Shown: in pieces, positions 39,500 to 52,200 of the stretch | How the letters are laid out: each line of letters starts with the position of its first letter | How positions within the stretch are numbered: position 1 is the stretch's first letter | Source: Ophelia neglecta | Lineage: Eukaryota | DNA: 64,000 bases | Direction of reading: 5' to 3' | NCBI GenBank assembly: GCA_965285935.1 | Contig: OZ260663.1 | Span: 81,344,001 to 81,408,000 of the forward strand | The notes under the pieces: generated by a model | Databases searched by the model: none | What the model was told of the DNA's origin: nothing | Seen by the model: only the letters and a program-made list of their open reading frames with translations | Translations under genes and position numbers: made by a program

Positions 39500-40234
39500 C
39501 AGGGAGAGATATAGGCCTATGGCTGTTGCCCTTGTTTTCCGTCGACGCTGCCCCACTGACGGCGACTGTGTGAGTAGGTGAATGTTTGTAGGAGTCTATC
39601 GGTCGACCACCAGAATGCTGGGCCAGAGTCATTTGGTGTTGGGCCCCCTCCATCCCGGGGTGGTATGCCGGGGCCATAGAGTAGACCTGAAGGCCCGCCG
39701 ACCCGGCCGCGGCCAGACCCCGGGAGTAAGCCATCGCCAGAGACATGCCATTCTCCGCAGACGACAGCCCGTTGAATCCCGGGTAAAACTGTGGCGGTAG
39801 GTAGGGTGCATGCGTGGCGGAAGTGGGTGATGGGCGGATACTGGCTGGAGACGTGGGTGAAGAGGACGAGCTAGGCTCCTTTTTGCTCATCATATCGTCC
39901 ACAGACCATATTTTAGGTTTAGGGGCAGAGTTTTGTTTTGTTTCTCTATTGACGTTTGGTGCCACTGTCCTGGTGCAAGGCACCGAAGGCATCGAGGAGG
40001 TCACGATATCCACGCGGCTGGACGAGGGCACTGCACTGAGGCGAAATCTGTCCATAGAAGCACTAGTAAGGTGGTGACCCCTAGGTGAGGGGGGAGGGGT
40101 GATCGGAACTATAGCCGCGTTGGACGAACTACTACTACTGTTTGTAGCCTGCTGTCGATGGGCTAGGAGCGGAAGTGACGAGATCTTGTGGAAATCTTCG
40201 TCCTCGTCATCTCCATCAACGTCCACGTCCTCCT
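39500..40234 (-). CDS. Irx: Irx-B coding exon 5 with divergent IRO box (KPKIWSVDDMM)
   Basis: Acceptor ttatttcttttatcag in phase 1, donor G|GTAAGT, 735 nt inside ORF 39456..40325. Confidence 0.92.
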
Positions 40235-43200
40235 CTGATAAAAGAAATAAAATACGACCATTACTATAATGGAAATAGAAGAAGCATTTTCCCAAGGGCT
40301 TATGCATTAAATATATATTCTGCAAATGTCATGCAACTGCCCTCATTACTCATAAGAGCATCTCACACACAACTAGTTAGACAGGATCTAGCTATGACAT
40401 ATCTATAGGCCTATGCTAATATAACTTATTGCCTATTCACTGTTATGATTCACTCTTAGCGCCTAACATTATATGACACATAAAATATGCTGGGTTACGG
40501 CGGGCTTCAATTTGGCGGTGTCAAATCTTTTTTTGTGTGATACCCCAGCCGTAGTTTTCCCAATAAATATGAGAATAATAAAAAAAAAAATAATAATAAA
40601 CATATATAACCTATAATGGATTAATAGCAGCCATTACGCATATCATTTAAACTGATCATTTATTTAGTCCAAATGCAACTGATTTTTGCCAATTAAAGGA
40701 TCCGATGTTACCAATTATTGATAATGATTTGCACGATCACCCAATTATCACGTTTCTAATCCCGCTTGCGCTGAGAAGTGTCACATGGTAAGCCAGTTAC
40801 GCCTCCTGTGTACCCAAGCATTCGAATACACTCCCAAACGCCGCCAAATTATCTGACGGGATTTGCGTGTAAACAACAGATGAACTTGTAACAGAAGTTC
40901 ATAATTGATTACAATTGCTCTATCTGAAGTATAACACAAACAGTTTATCTACGGAGGTCTGTTGATGACATATCGAGCGATGAGAAGCTAGATAGGGAGC
41001 CAAACGGCCGTCCTTATCTGCCATAACGCTTAAAACGGGGATACTGGCTGCAGTGTGTATACTTGTGATAGGCCTTATCTCGCGAGAGGCGAGATAAGGG
41101 TCACATGATTGTGACTAAAGGATGGGAGGGTGGAGAAAGCTCCAGCTATGATAGGGAAGCCACTTCGTTTGAAAACATCATTAATATCTCAATAAAGGTT
41201 TTAATCATCATTGCTTTTTGCTATCAGCAAATTTCTAATCATTGCTATAAACTTAATTTGATTCAAATCGACATGTAACCAATCCTTGGTGAATAAAGCC
41301 AACACATAGACTAAACCACATAATAAATCATATCAGTGCTATAAGAGAGTCGTATTTATTATAAACAAAACAGCCGTATGTCTACCTCAATTGACTTGAC
41401 GTTGAAATCCTTATTGTTACTATCGTAGGGGATGCGGATATCCTCTTTGCGGTTAAATTATCAAATTAAATCGAATGATGACTGTTCAGACTAAACCTCT
41501 CTAAAAGCCTGCAGATCCAGGGAGAATCGTAGTACAGTGTGAGTTCAACACCTAGTCGTCTGCCCCATTTAGCATTGGTTTAGACACAATATCACACCTC
41601 TTTATGTCAGCCAAACAGTTCAATTACAAACGGGACATAGTCTATAATTATTACCAATGTGAACAGTCTGCAGGCCTAAACGACCCCGAAGCAATGCTAT
41701 TTCTGGCGTATATCAGTTTGAAACCGGGAAAAAAATAACTTAAGATGACAAATGTCTTGCCACTTGCAGCTAAACCTGCTTACTTCATTACAAAAGCTAT
41801 TTCCTCGCCAAAAGTCGTCTGCAACATGTGTTTTCGCCACCTCGCGTGTCTGAGTGGCATTAAAGACGATTTATGACGTAACATGGTTCTCCTCACAAGG
41901 ACACCTCAGGTTAATTATGAGTGAGTAAAGAAAAAAGAGAGAAACTTAGTCTGAATATTATGTATCCGTGGTTCAACTTTTAGCTTGACGGTGCTAATGG
42001 ACTCAAATGTTCTTAAACCACTTATATTGAACAATTTATTATAAACATAAAGTACTTGTTGGTTGAAACGAAACGAGACAGAAAAACCGCGGACATGTTT
42101 GCTGATTAGCACTCTGTAGATCAGCCCCAAGGCTCGGAGTACAAACAGCGGGCTGAGGAAGCCCTGCTGGATTTAGAGATGAGGGGCTGGGGGTCAGGAG
42201 CCCCCGTTTCCTTAAGAGGGTGGCACAGAACCAGGAGCCCGCTCTGCCGGCGGCTTGAGGGTATGGAGTGGGCCCGAGGAGATAAGTCCCCCCCCCCCTC
42301 CATCTTCGAGGTGATACCCTTCCCACATGCACCCTCCAGGAGATAAAAAACTCCACCTCCTATTTCGAATCGCCTAAATACATCACTGACAAGATAGCTA
42401 TTCTTTAGATAGCAGCTGGTACGAAAGTTGACACATACAGTAATAATTGATAATTAGCTCAGTCAAGCGAATTTGGTCTGGTGACTTTCTAAATGGTGCC
42501 ATCTTTGTAAGTGTAAATGATAGGCGTATCATCTGTCCTGTTTTCACCTGTTTCTTTCAAGTTTAATTTTCTCCCTGATGAACAAACAATTCTGATGGCA
42601 TCTCAACCACAGTATGGATTGATTTAAGTGACAGAAAACAAAAAATAACTTGGAATTTCAATATGATTATATTGTGGGACAGGAGGAGGGGGTTGTTATA
42701 AACGCAATTAACATCTCACAAGGTGATATGAAGGAAATGTAATAAATACAATATATAGATATATATATATAAATAATTATATATATGAATATGTATTATA
42801 GGCCTATATAAAGCTGAAGGTTGTGCTATACTTGACAGTCAGGCAATAGGTCACAGGCACACAATGGCAGCTTCCGAACATCTGCTCTTTTGGCTTTCGC
42901 CGAGAATCTTGCTAGCTACGGGCCGCTTGGTCTCAATATCATCAGCGACATTTTCATTATAACGGGGGAAAGGGGAACAATTTGTGAGTGCCACTGCGGA
43001 CTGACGTTGTCCATCCGTCTATACTCGATTAAGATGAATAAGACTGAGAACTAAAGCAAACCAGATTCAATCCATTGACCGAACTCCCTCCATATAGATG
43101 CTAATAGGGTCATTAACACTGACGATTTGCGTATGCCCTTAGGACATTCCTTTCTGCAACATAATTTTATCAGACCAGATTTATATGACACCGAGCAGGA

Positions 43201-43465
43201 TGCCATCGATAATATATACCTGCGAGTATGTTGTCTATAGCTATAGACAAAGTGCCGTGTTATCGCCCACTCAATCTTGTCTAATGCAGAGCCTCTTTTC
43301 AAAATCACACAAGATATTTCCCCAAACAGCTGATTGCGTTTTGTAATTATTTTAATGAAAAGTTACCCAGACGACATCTAAGGGTGAACATCAGTCGAAC
43401 ACAGATATCTGATCAAGACGGTGTCACCAATGCTTTTAGTGGATACAAGATTATTCATTGCCTAC

Positions 43466-43836
43466 CTTTATGATCACTTCCATGAGGCTCCAGGGGTTCG
43501 GACATATCGCTAATAGCGCCATCGTCGTCCAATGAGCGATCGTTGTGCGCACGCCCAATATCCTCGTCGTCGCTTCCGGTTCGATCCTCCTCTTTGTCGT
43601 CTGTGTCATCGTCGTCTTTCGACGACCACCCGACTTTGTTTTCCTTCTTTAAGCGCCGTCGGGCGTTGGCGAACCATGTAGACACTTGAGTCAAAGTCAT
43701 TTTGGTTAAAATAGCTAGCATTATTTTTTCTCCTTTGGTAGGATATGGGTTTTTCCTGTGTTCGTACAGCCAAGCCTTCAGCGTGTTTGTTGACTCTTTT
43801 GTGGCATTTTTTCTTCTTGCGTCGAGACCACCAAAT
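43466..43836 (-). CDS. Irx: Irx-B coding exon 4: TALE homeodomain plus acidic region
   Basis: [64 protein letters not shown]. Acceptor ttttttcaaacag, donor G|GTAGGC. Confidence 0.97.
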
Positions 43837-45460
43837 CTGTTTGAAAAAATATGGAAACTTGAGACAATGTTTCTAAATATATTAAATTACCACAAGGGGT
43901 GGTCGCCTATAAAAATCACCCGAGGGATGGTATTGTTATGTATATTATACTGCCCCTTTCTGTTTCTTAATTTCTGACATTCTCATTAATTCGAAATTAA
44001 ATTAACAACTGACTTCGCATGCGCCTGCCCGCTCGTATTTATGACTCGACCAGCTGATGACGAACACATTATTTAACAATATAATTGTATCTTTTTATAG
44101 TGAAATAAATGCTTAATAACTAAGGCTACATTTTAATAATGACTTGCGCAATCAATGATACATCCATCTAAAACATATGGTCAAATATACAGATTCAGCT
44201 GGCAAATTTTAACCATTAAACCATTTAGGTCGGATGTATGTATTAAGGCTACGGAATCGTTTAATTAACATAAACAATGTCGATTCATGAATGATTTGAC
44301 TCCAGGGTATATAATCAACGCAAGCGACACGTTCAAAATACTCCTCAAGGTATAAATATAATATGTACGGTGACGAGGAACATGCGTCACGCACGATACT
44401 TTATAGTACGGTGGAGGGGGGGGGGGGCGGACCGCCAGATGTCGTCTCGAGTTTGTGGTACTTGCTTCCTATCCCATAGGGGTAAATATAGGAGTTAAGA
44501 TCCCCTCACACCTTCCCCACACCGCTCAGAGACAGCCCCGATTAACGAAAATGCTAAAACCGGCAGTGAACCTAGGTTTATCATGTCGACATATTGATAT
44601 GAGATCCTGCAAACAAGACGAGGCGCGGGCAATTGGGGAGCATAAAATATTTATGACTTTTGATATTGATCACTGTAATAATTATGCAAATGCGCTTGGT
44701 TTTGACTCCGCGATCGAGATGACACGGTGGAATTGATATGAATTATTTAATTAACTCCCATAATGCAATCGAGACTGCGCATGATCACAAAGGTACGCAC
44801 AAAGGGCATGGTTTTGTTGCGAAAATTTGCGAAAATATAAAAATGTCAAGTGGTTGAACAAATAATTATCAAAACACAGTTCAATCATTTTAGACATTGC
44901 TAAATAAAAAAAACCCGGTACATTATGGATACAGTTTGTGGCATAGCGAACAGGGTGTATTGACGAAAGAGACAAAGACAAATCGATGTAACTTCGGCAA
45001 GAACACCCCCAATGATTGTTCACATTGAATTAATCACAAAGGCCTTGTTTGCACAATGTAACGAAAAAATGACAATGTTTGAGATGACAGATTCTATATT
45101 GTGTCAATTAAATATTTCAGGAAAAGACACTTAACGGCACAATGGGCGATTAATATCTCCAGTAATATGTATACAGAGTTCATATTCGACAATATGTGAT
45201 TAAAACCAGACGTATAAACTGACCTCTGACCTTTCCTTCATAATCAGCTGGTACATTAAGCTATAACACTTTGTTTCCATAATGGACTAAGCATGGTTTG
45301 AATAATGGAATCATATGATAGAAGGGTAGACTAAATAAAGAAATATGCATTCATATGGCTCGATTATTATGTTACAATAATATTGTTAATTTATATTCTT
45401 ATTTGTCCTATTGTAATTACAATAGGTAAAATTATGCATGTTTTTGTATTATGAACTTAC

Positions 45461-45567
45461 CCATTCATATAAGGATAGATCATTGTTGGATCGTATGGGT
45501 AGTATCCTCCTAGATGAGAAATACCCTGGAATACCTCAGGGCTATCTTTAAGTCCGTATGCGCTACC
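45461..45567 (-). CDS. Irx: Irx-B coding exon 3 (GSAYGLKDSPEVFQGISHLGGYYPYDPTMIYPYMNG)
   Basis: Acceptor cctttttcttcag, donor GG|GTAAGT, 107 nt, phase 0 to 2. Y-LKD and YYPYD are Irx-typical motifs. Not in the ORF track. Confidence 0.92.
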
Positions 45568-46215
45568 CTGAAGAAAAAGGAGGAATCACTTCAGAAACAA
45601 GCAAACTACACAACTCTTAAAAATCATCGCAGCACGCAATAAGGTGTAGAAATATTGTCCTACAATAATTCAATTTATATATATATATATTGTAGGCCGA
45701 ATTATATGATGAAATTACACGTATTTGAATTTCAACTTAATATATATTCATTCATTATTATGCTAAGGCCTTATTTTAATTTGGGTACAGTTAGGCCGTA
45801 TGCATAATTATCATTGCTTCTCGCCTCCAGGGACCAGAGCTACTTTATCCCCACATAATGTACTATATGCATAAATATATAGCGAACGGTACTAATCTAA
45901 TTAAACACATATTTATGAGTTGTAACAATTGTCCGAAATCATTGAATGAATATTTAGTTTTATGACACACCAGCGTCTTGTTTGAAACAAATAACCATTT
46001 AGAATTGACCAACAAAATTGATTAATATTGAAAATAATTCGGAACATTGGAAGAAAAAGATAATTTGCGTTTCATACATAGTCCATCCGAATGAAATTCT
46101 TCACGAATGCTGTGGTCAAAGGGAGCATACCTTATTTTATGAGAACAAAATACACGTGTACGGACCAAGAAATACAACCGGTATACAAGTAGCCTGTAGG
46201 TTTTAGTCTTCTTAC

Positions 46216-46455
46216 CATTGAAGCGTAGAATGCAGGTTCTCCCCCGGGAAAGGAGCCGGGCGGTCCCTGGAGAGTGGGGGGCATGCCGTAGGGCAGGTCT
46301 GCCGGGCCCGGTACCCTTGGGGCTCCCGGCATTAAGCTCCCTCCCAGCTGGCAGGCACACACGGGGTGGCCCGTCCGGGGATCTGCGAACACGGGCTGGC
46401 CGACCTCGCAACAGCCGGGGGAGTGGGGCAGTCCCATCCCGCCAGGAGAAGAGAG
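46216..46455 (-). CDS. Irx: Irx-B coding exon 2 with intact Iro-A motif (CCEVGQPVFADPRTGHPVCAC)
   Basis: Acceptor ttattttcgttttag, donor ATG|GTAAGA, 240 nt. EPAFY motif at the 3' end is paralogous to Irx-A DPSAFY. Confidence 0.92.
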
Positions 46456-48415
46456 CTAAAACGAAAATAACAAACATAAGAAACGGCAAACAGAAAAGAA
46501 CATAGATTTGTTCACGAACATCTAAAGAAAAAGCATTCTTTATATTTGGGAGGAATTCTACCTATTACAGTGCCCCAGACTTGCAAGTCTTTCATGTTGA
46601 ATGCCCCACCACGTGCCAACGTGTTAACCAGACTTTTAATACCGCGTTTTTTCATTTTTAGCCTATTTTGCCGTTATGTAACCCTGTGTTACTTTTGTAT
46701 AACTTGTTTTATATACAAAAGGACAAGGTAGACTATTTATATCTAAATGATTTAGTCTTCAAACAAAGACTGGAGACCTCATTTCTTATCAGGTGTTAAA
46801 ACTTTCTTCTGAATAGGCACTCGTCTTAGATTATATTAACAAGATGGACAAATCAAATCAAAACCAGAATTGTAACCCCTAATTTCACCGGCTCTGGTTT
46901 CAATATTTCCCTACAACCGTATCTGATATGTCTGCGAACAAACCTATAATTTGTGAACGAGTATTAAGACACCAATAATTAGTTTAGGGACTCGGTTGAC
47001 ACACCCGCAGGGCACGAATATTCATATTCTTTGAAACATAAAATGTTTTCAATAACCGGTACTTCTATTTGGTTTCAGGTTGTTTTGAGAATAGCCCTTC
47101 TGCTGTCAACTATTTGAGAAGTGACTCTATTGAGGACAAATATAAAAGTACTGCCCATTTGTGTTACTTAAATGACTGTGAATGGCATAAGAAACTTACT
47201 TCTTGCAGTCACCAATCTGCAGTGCTATTGTCGGCCAATTTTAGTCATAGTAAATACAGGCAAGACACAGTGTCCGAATTTTTAAAATACTAAGACACAA
47301 AATTTCTAATTTACTTATATGAAACTCGGACAGCCCTTTTATACGCATGTAAGTACATTTTACAGTGCTTAAGTTGCAATATTTCCAGGCAAATATAAAT
47401 GCATGTACGTGATTGGTATATTAAAGTTGCTAGTTTAGTTCAAAAAGGACAGACTTACACTGCCATTTTTAACAGTCCAGCATGTTTAAGCCGTAAATAT
47501 GACTATTCAGCCAGTGACAGCTTTAGGTGTACAGCGGAACCACGCGAGAGGCGCAAGGCGTGCGAGATAATTTGAGTTTAATTGTGTTGATTTGTGTGTC
47601 AGTGGTTCGTCTAAGTGTCCATAATGAAAATAAATGACAGTGACCCAGGTTTATGACTCTACTCCCTATAACTTATACCCTGATTGTGTGTTGTGAACGA
47701 GAAGAACAGTACTGAACAGACGCGGTCTCGTGGAAAATATTGTAAATGGAACTCATCCCGGTGCATATAGCTTCTTATTGTGTTTAAAGTATCAGCACTT
47801 GTTTCACTTCTGTTATGGTATGTCAACTGTTATTACTGGGCTTCACGCCTTTAGGGCCGCAAAACAATCATGCTATTATTGAAGGTGAAACACTGTTTTG
47901 CATCTACAGTAAATTAGATATGATAGAATAAGGATTATATGTTTACCAGGGTGCATTTATAGTGTGTCCCGTGTTTGTCATTGGCCAGCGCCACATGAAG
48001 ATGGAACAAGACAAAATCATTTGAAATGGCACGGTAAACACGTGTTCACTTCTACAGGATATATCATTAATGGCATTGTAATATGGATGTGGAATACAGG
48101 CCTATATCTGATTGTTGTATAGGCCCATCTCATTGCTGTATAATAGGCCTAATACTCAGACTTTTTTACATCTCATACGAACATGCAGTCAACTGATAGA
48201 TATGTCATACGTAGACCTAGTTCTAATTTAAATCAACAGTTCAACAATACATTGTTTTTTTACATGATCTTAAGACCGTTTTGAACCCCCAATGGAGCTT
48301 TAACTCCCAATTAAAGCTTGTATGATGAACACGCTGGTCGTCAGGCGATCAGGGAAGACCAATTCATCATTCTTGCACCCAGTTGATGTAGCCTAATAAA
48401 AGATTAAAGCCTTAC

Positions 48416-48448
48416 CTGAGGCGTCGATGCTGCCAAAGGATTGGCCAT
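48416..48448 (-). CDS. Irx: Iroquois homeobox gene B, coding exon 1 (MANPLAASTPQ)
   Basis: Strong Kozak ACCATGG, donor CAG|GTAAGG in phase 0. Ends in Gln like Irx-A exon 1 and is preceded by an ATG-depleted leader. Confidence 0.75.
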
Positions 48449-49086
48449 GGTAAGAGGGTTTCAATGAGTTGTATCAATGTATATATCCTTTAGAGGTACA
48501 TGGGTCTATAACACGAAGTCCGAGAGTCTGAGCTCAGCAGTCTACCCTGGGCACACTCGTACACAGACTACAAACAGCCTTCTCTCGTTTGTATCTCACC
48601 GAACAGGAAGACTGGAGTGTTAAGCGGAATGCGCCTTGCCGTAAACCAGGCGTTGGTTGTCGGCTGCGGGCTTGTGAGTTGGGAATCTGCTACACGCGGA
48701 CCGGGGCAAGCTTGTCCTCTCTCCCGCTCCCGTCAACTCCAATTTCCTCGGCGATGGCTTGATCTAGACCGGGTCAAACAGTTCCGCTATCCTCGGGCAC
48801 CAGACGAGCACTCCCCGAGCCAATTAGGGCTTACTAACTCCGCTAGTCCGCACCGAACTGGGTCCGGATACCTCTGTGATTACTTGCTAACTGGCTGATT
48901 TTGTTTACAACCACTGCAGTTTATGCGAACAAGCTTCGCGCAGTTGACTAAGGGTCTCTTAGGCCGAGTTCCGTGGACAAGGGCTTCAGAAATCCTGCCT
49001 GAAGCCAGACTTGTGGGCCGAGCAAAGAGCAATGTGTATGGACGACTACGAGGAGAGGGTATCACCACCGCTTGGTACACCGCCTC

Positions 49087-49228
49087 GACTGATATTCACA
49101 AACCTTTAGTTGTCATTAATCAAGCGGCTGTGATGTAGATAGGTAGTCGATGAGTTGTTAACATGGCTTAAACGCCGTCCGATGATTGGTCGGGTCAGGC
49201 GTTGACTGGCAGATGGCCCCGCCCCTCC
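49087..49228 (-). promoter_or_regulatory. Putative Irx-B core/proximal promoter
   Basis: Minus-strand initiator TCAGTC (49092-49087), CCAAT at about 49185-49189, GC box at about 49217-49225. No minus-strand ATG seen between 48502 and 49090, consistent with a 5' UTR starting here. Confidence 0.55.
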
Positions 49229-52200
49229 ATCTGTGCAATACTCAAGGGAATCAAAAGTATAACCACCAGTCACTGTAATCAAAAAGTAGTTCTTTTTAAT
49301 GCTATAGTTCACTGCACCCGAAGCGCCGAGGGGGGTCTTTTAAGCTAAGAGTACATTATAACGTTTGAGGTCATACAGAATGTACCGTTTTCGACTCTTA
49401 TTGGATATTTTGTGTTATTGATGAGTTGTAAAAAAAAGACAAAATCTCTTACTGGATGGACAAAGATTGCGGACGGGTAAAACTGTGACAAGAAGTCACA
49501 GGGAGGTCACATTCTTTGTCACTCCTCCGCCGCCATATTTTACCTTTTGCCTGTCATCAAGGCATTCACAACCAGGCTTTATTATTGTATAGTGAACAAC
49601 GATGACAAATTGTAAGACATCCGATGCAAGACGCAGGAATGAGATTCAGAAGCAGACGACACCGGGCCTTATCTGTATTGGCAACTAAAAACATGAGGTT
49701 TGGCGCCAAAGAGGGCCACCGTGTCACTACCCCTGCGCTCTCAAGTAATATCACACCACCCTTAGGGTGCACATGAAAAATTATCACCCTGACTGTCTTC
49801 GTAAATATATTGCTAACATAATGTTTCTAGTTTGGTCGGCCAATAAAGATACCTCGCAGTCTGTTTTGAATTAGTCAAGAAAAAATCAGCCTGTTAATGG
49901 TGGTATATGTACATACACACATTTAAACGTTCACCTTGCCGATAACATTCTGAACACTAGCTGTGCCTGCCTTTATCTTAAATTCTTTGCCCCTCGTGCC
50001 ATGAAACTGGCGAAAAATCTTAATTGTGACAACATGTTTACCGCGTGAACTACAAAAAATGATTTTTTTTACACGACTTGAAATAACCTGCACGAAGAAC
50101 CCAAACTGTTGTTGTATTATGGTTAAATATACATCATTTAAACTGTCATGAGAAGGGCATACATTTTAGTCAGAAAACAATATTTCAAAAGTTGGGTTGG
50201 ACTACTTTAGATTCATTGGACTAAAGACCATCGAACTGGACGCTTATAGAACACTGGAACTAATTGCTTTCAAGTACTGATCGGTACATAACCTATTGCC
50301 CTTGCGCGATGAGCTGTGAATTTCACAGAAGCTCCTCCGAATCTGACGTGGCTTATCCCGCGCTGCTATTCTGAAATAAATATGAATATCTTGTTGATTG
50401 TGATAAAGCCCGAAGTGATGGATCACCTTTCATTTCTAATCCGCACGTTTCCTTTAAGATAATTTATGATCTGTCTATTATGAAGTTATTCCGGGTGATA
50501 TGCGAAAGTGTTGAGAACATCAAATTTGATTCCTTCGAGTGTTGAGGGTAAAAGGTTTTCTGTACAAGGCATATATCCCAACTTATATCTTACTATTACA
50601 TCTTTCAAAACCTGTACCCAAAACAAGCAATAGTATGTTAATGCACTTCGCTCTACATATGTTATACAAAATGATAGTACACTGTACCGTATATTTTCTC
50701 AGTCTGAAGATGCAGCCATGAAGCATTTTGAAGATGGGTCAGCTACAAAGGACTGACGTATTAAACACATTCTGTCTAAAACACACAGGGAGAGGATTCT
50801 CAATCATCATTACAAAATATGTTTAAGCCTGAGAATGTTAGTGTAGCGACTCGATAATCATGCTTGTATGCTGATCTTAAGGATTAGATGAGCATTAATC
50901 GAGGCATAGTTGAGATACCATAGATATTCGTGGTCTGACTAGGACGTACTCGGCCGGGAGAGAGGGTCCACCGCCCGGAGTGAACGGCTCAAGACCCCCT
51001 GCTCGCCGCCCGTCAGAAATTCCCCAAAATGTCAAACAACAATTTTCATGTCTTTCTTCACATTTTAATAAACGAGTTTATTACGAATTGGCAGACACTG
51101 TCAGTATGAGAGCGTGGCCACGGATAGGGATATATTAACCGAAGTACCTTTGCCCTATTTCTGATCATTGACATAGCTTATATTCCTCCGCCATATGTAA
51201 TGAAGCTATGTGGAATAGTCCAGATTGAGATATAAGGTACCAAGCATCAAGCAACAATAATTTATCAACGTGTGTAATTAGGGATGTCTTGCTCGGATAT
51301 TCGATACCCAGGGATGCAATAAGGCGCCTCTACTTTGCATTTTCGATTAAAAAGCACAAAGAGTACCAACAAAATGACTCCAACAGATGTAACCATGCGG
51401 ACTCAAAATGACAATATGACTCTTTGGGATAATATATTAAAAGTCGATAGATATGATTGATATGTCAAATCTACAGATAACGACATGAAAGGGCTAACAC
51501 CAGCGGTAAATGAAGGCAAGCAGATCACAAAAGATCACAATTTTAACATATGAGAAAGTTAAATTGAGTGTATAATAAATTGTATAACAACACGTTGTGC
51601 TTGGGATTAAAAAACCTCGAGATAATTACTACAGTTCTTCAATTCAGATGCATGTGAAACTAAATATGAGTATTTCAGGAGCGTTTGTACATTTAAAGCA
51701 GGTCGAAACTTAAAAGCTACGCCTTTTTCTGCAAATTGATCGTTAGATACATCGTAAAAACAGACATGTTGTATTTATCCTAGACTATCAGTATAACACG
51801 CGCTAAATAGGTATACAAGACCACCAAATATACCTTATCCTGTTTGATCTCGGCTTTTCAAGTATAAATGTCCGTGCACACACATTATTTTGTGTGAAAA
51901 ATTGAAGTGGTTTATTTGTGTGCGTTGGTTTATGCGCTAATAAGCATACAAAATATAATTATCACTTTGGTGATGCCAGTTTTTATGACAGCTGTATATG
52001 TTTAAGATGAGCGCGTATAGGTATATAATCAAGATATTTCAACCTAGCACTGGATGAAATTACTGAAACAGACGTGAAAAAGTAAACCCTTTTGTGACCT
52101 ACTACTATTGTTGGTGGCCTAACTAATAGATAAACGAAGAAAACAATGTGACACTTGGCTTTTCATTAGGCCATACATAGGTGATGATAAGTTTGGAGAT

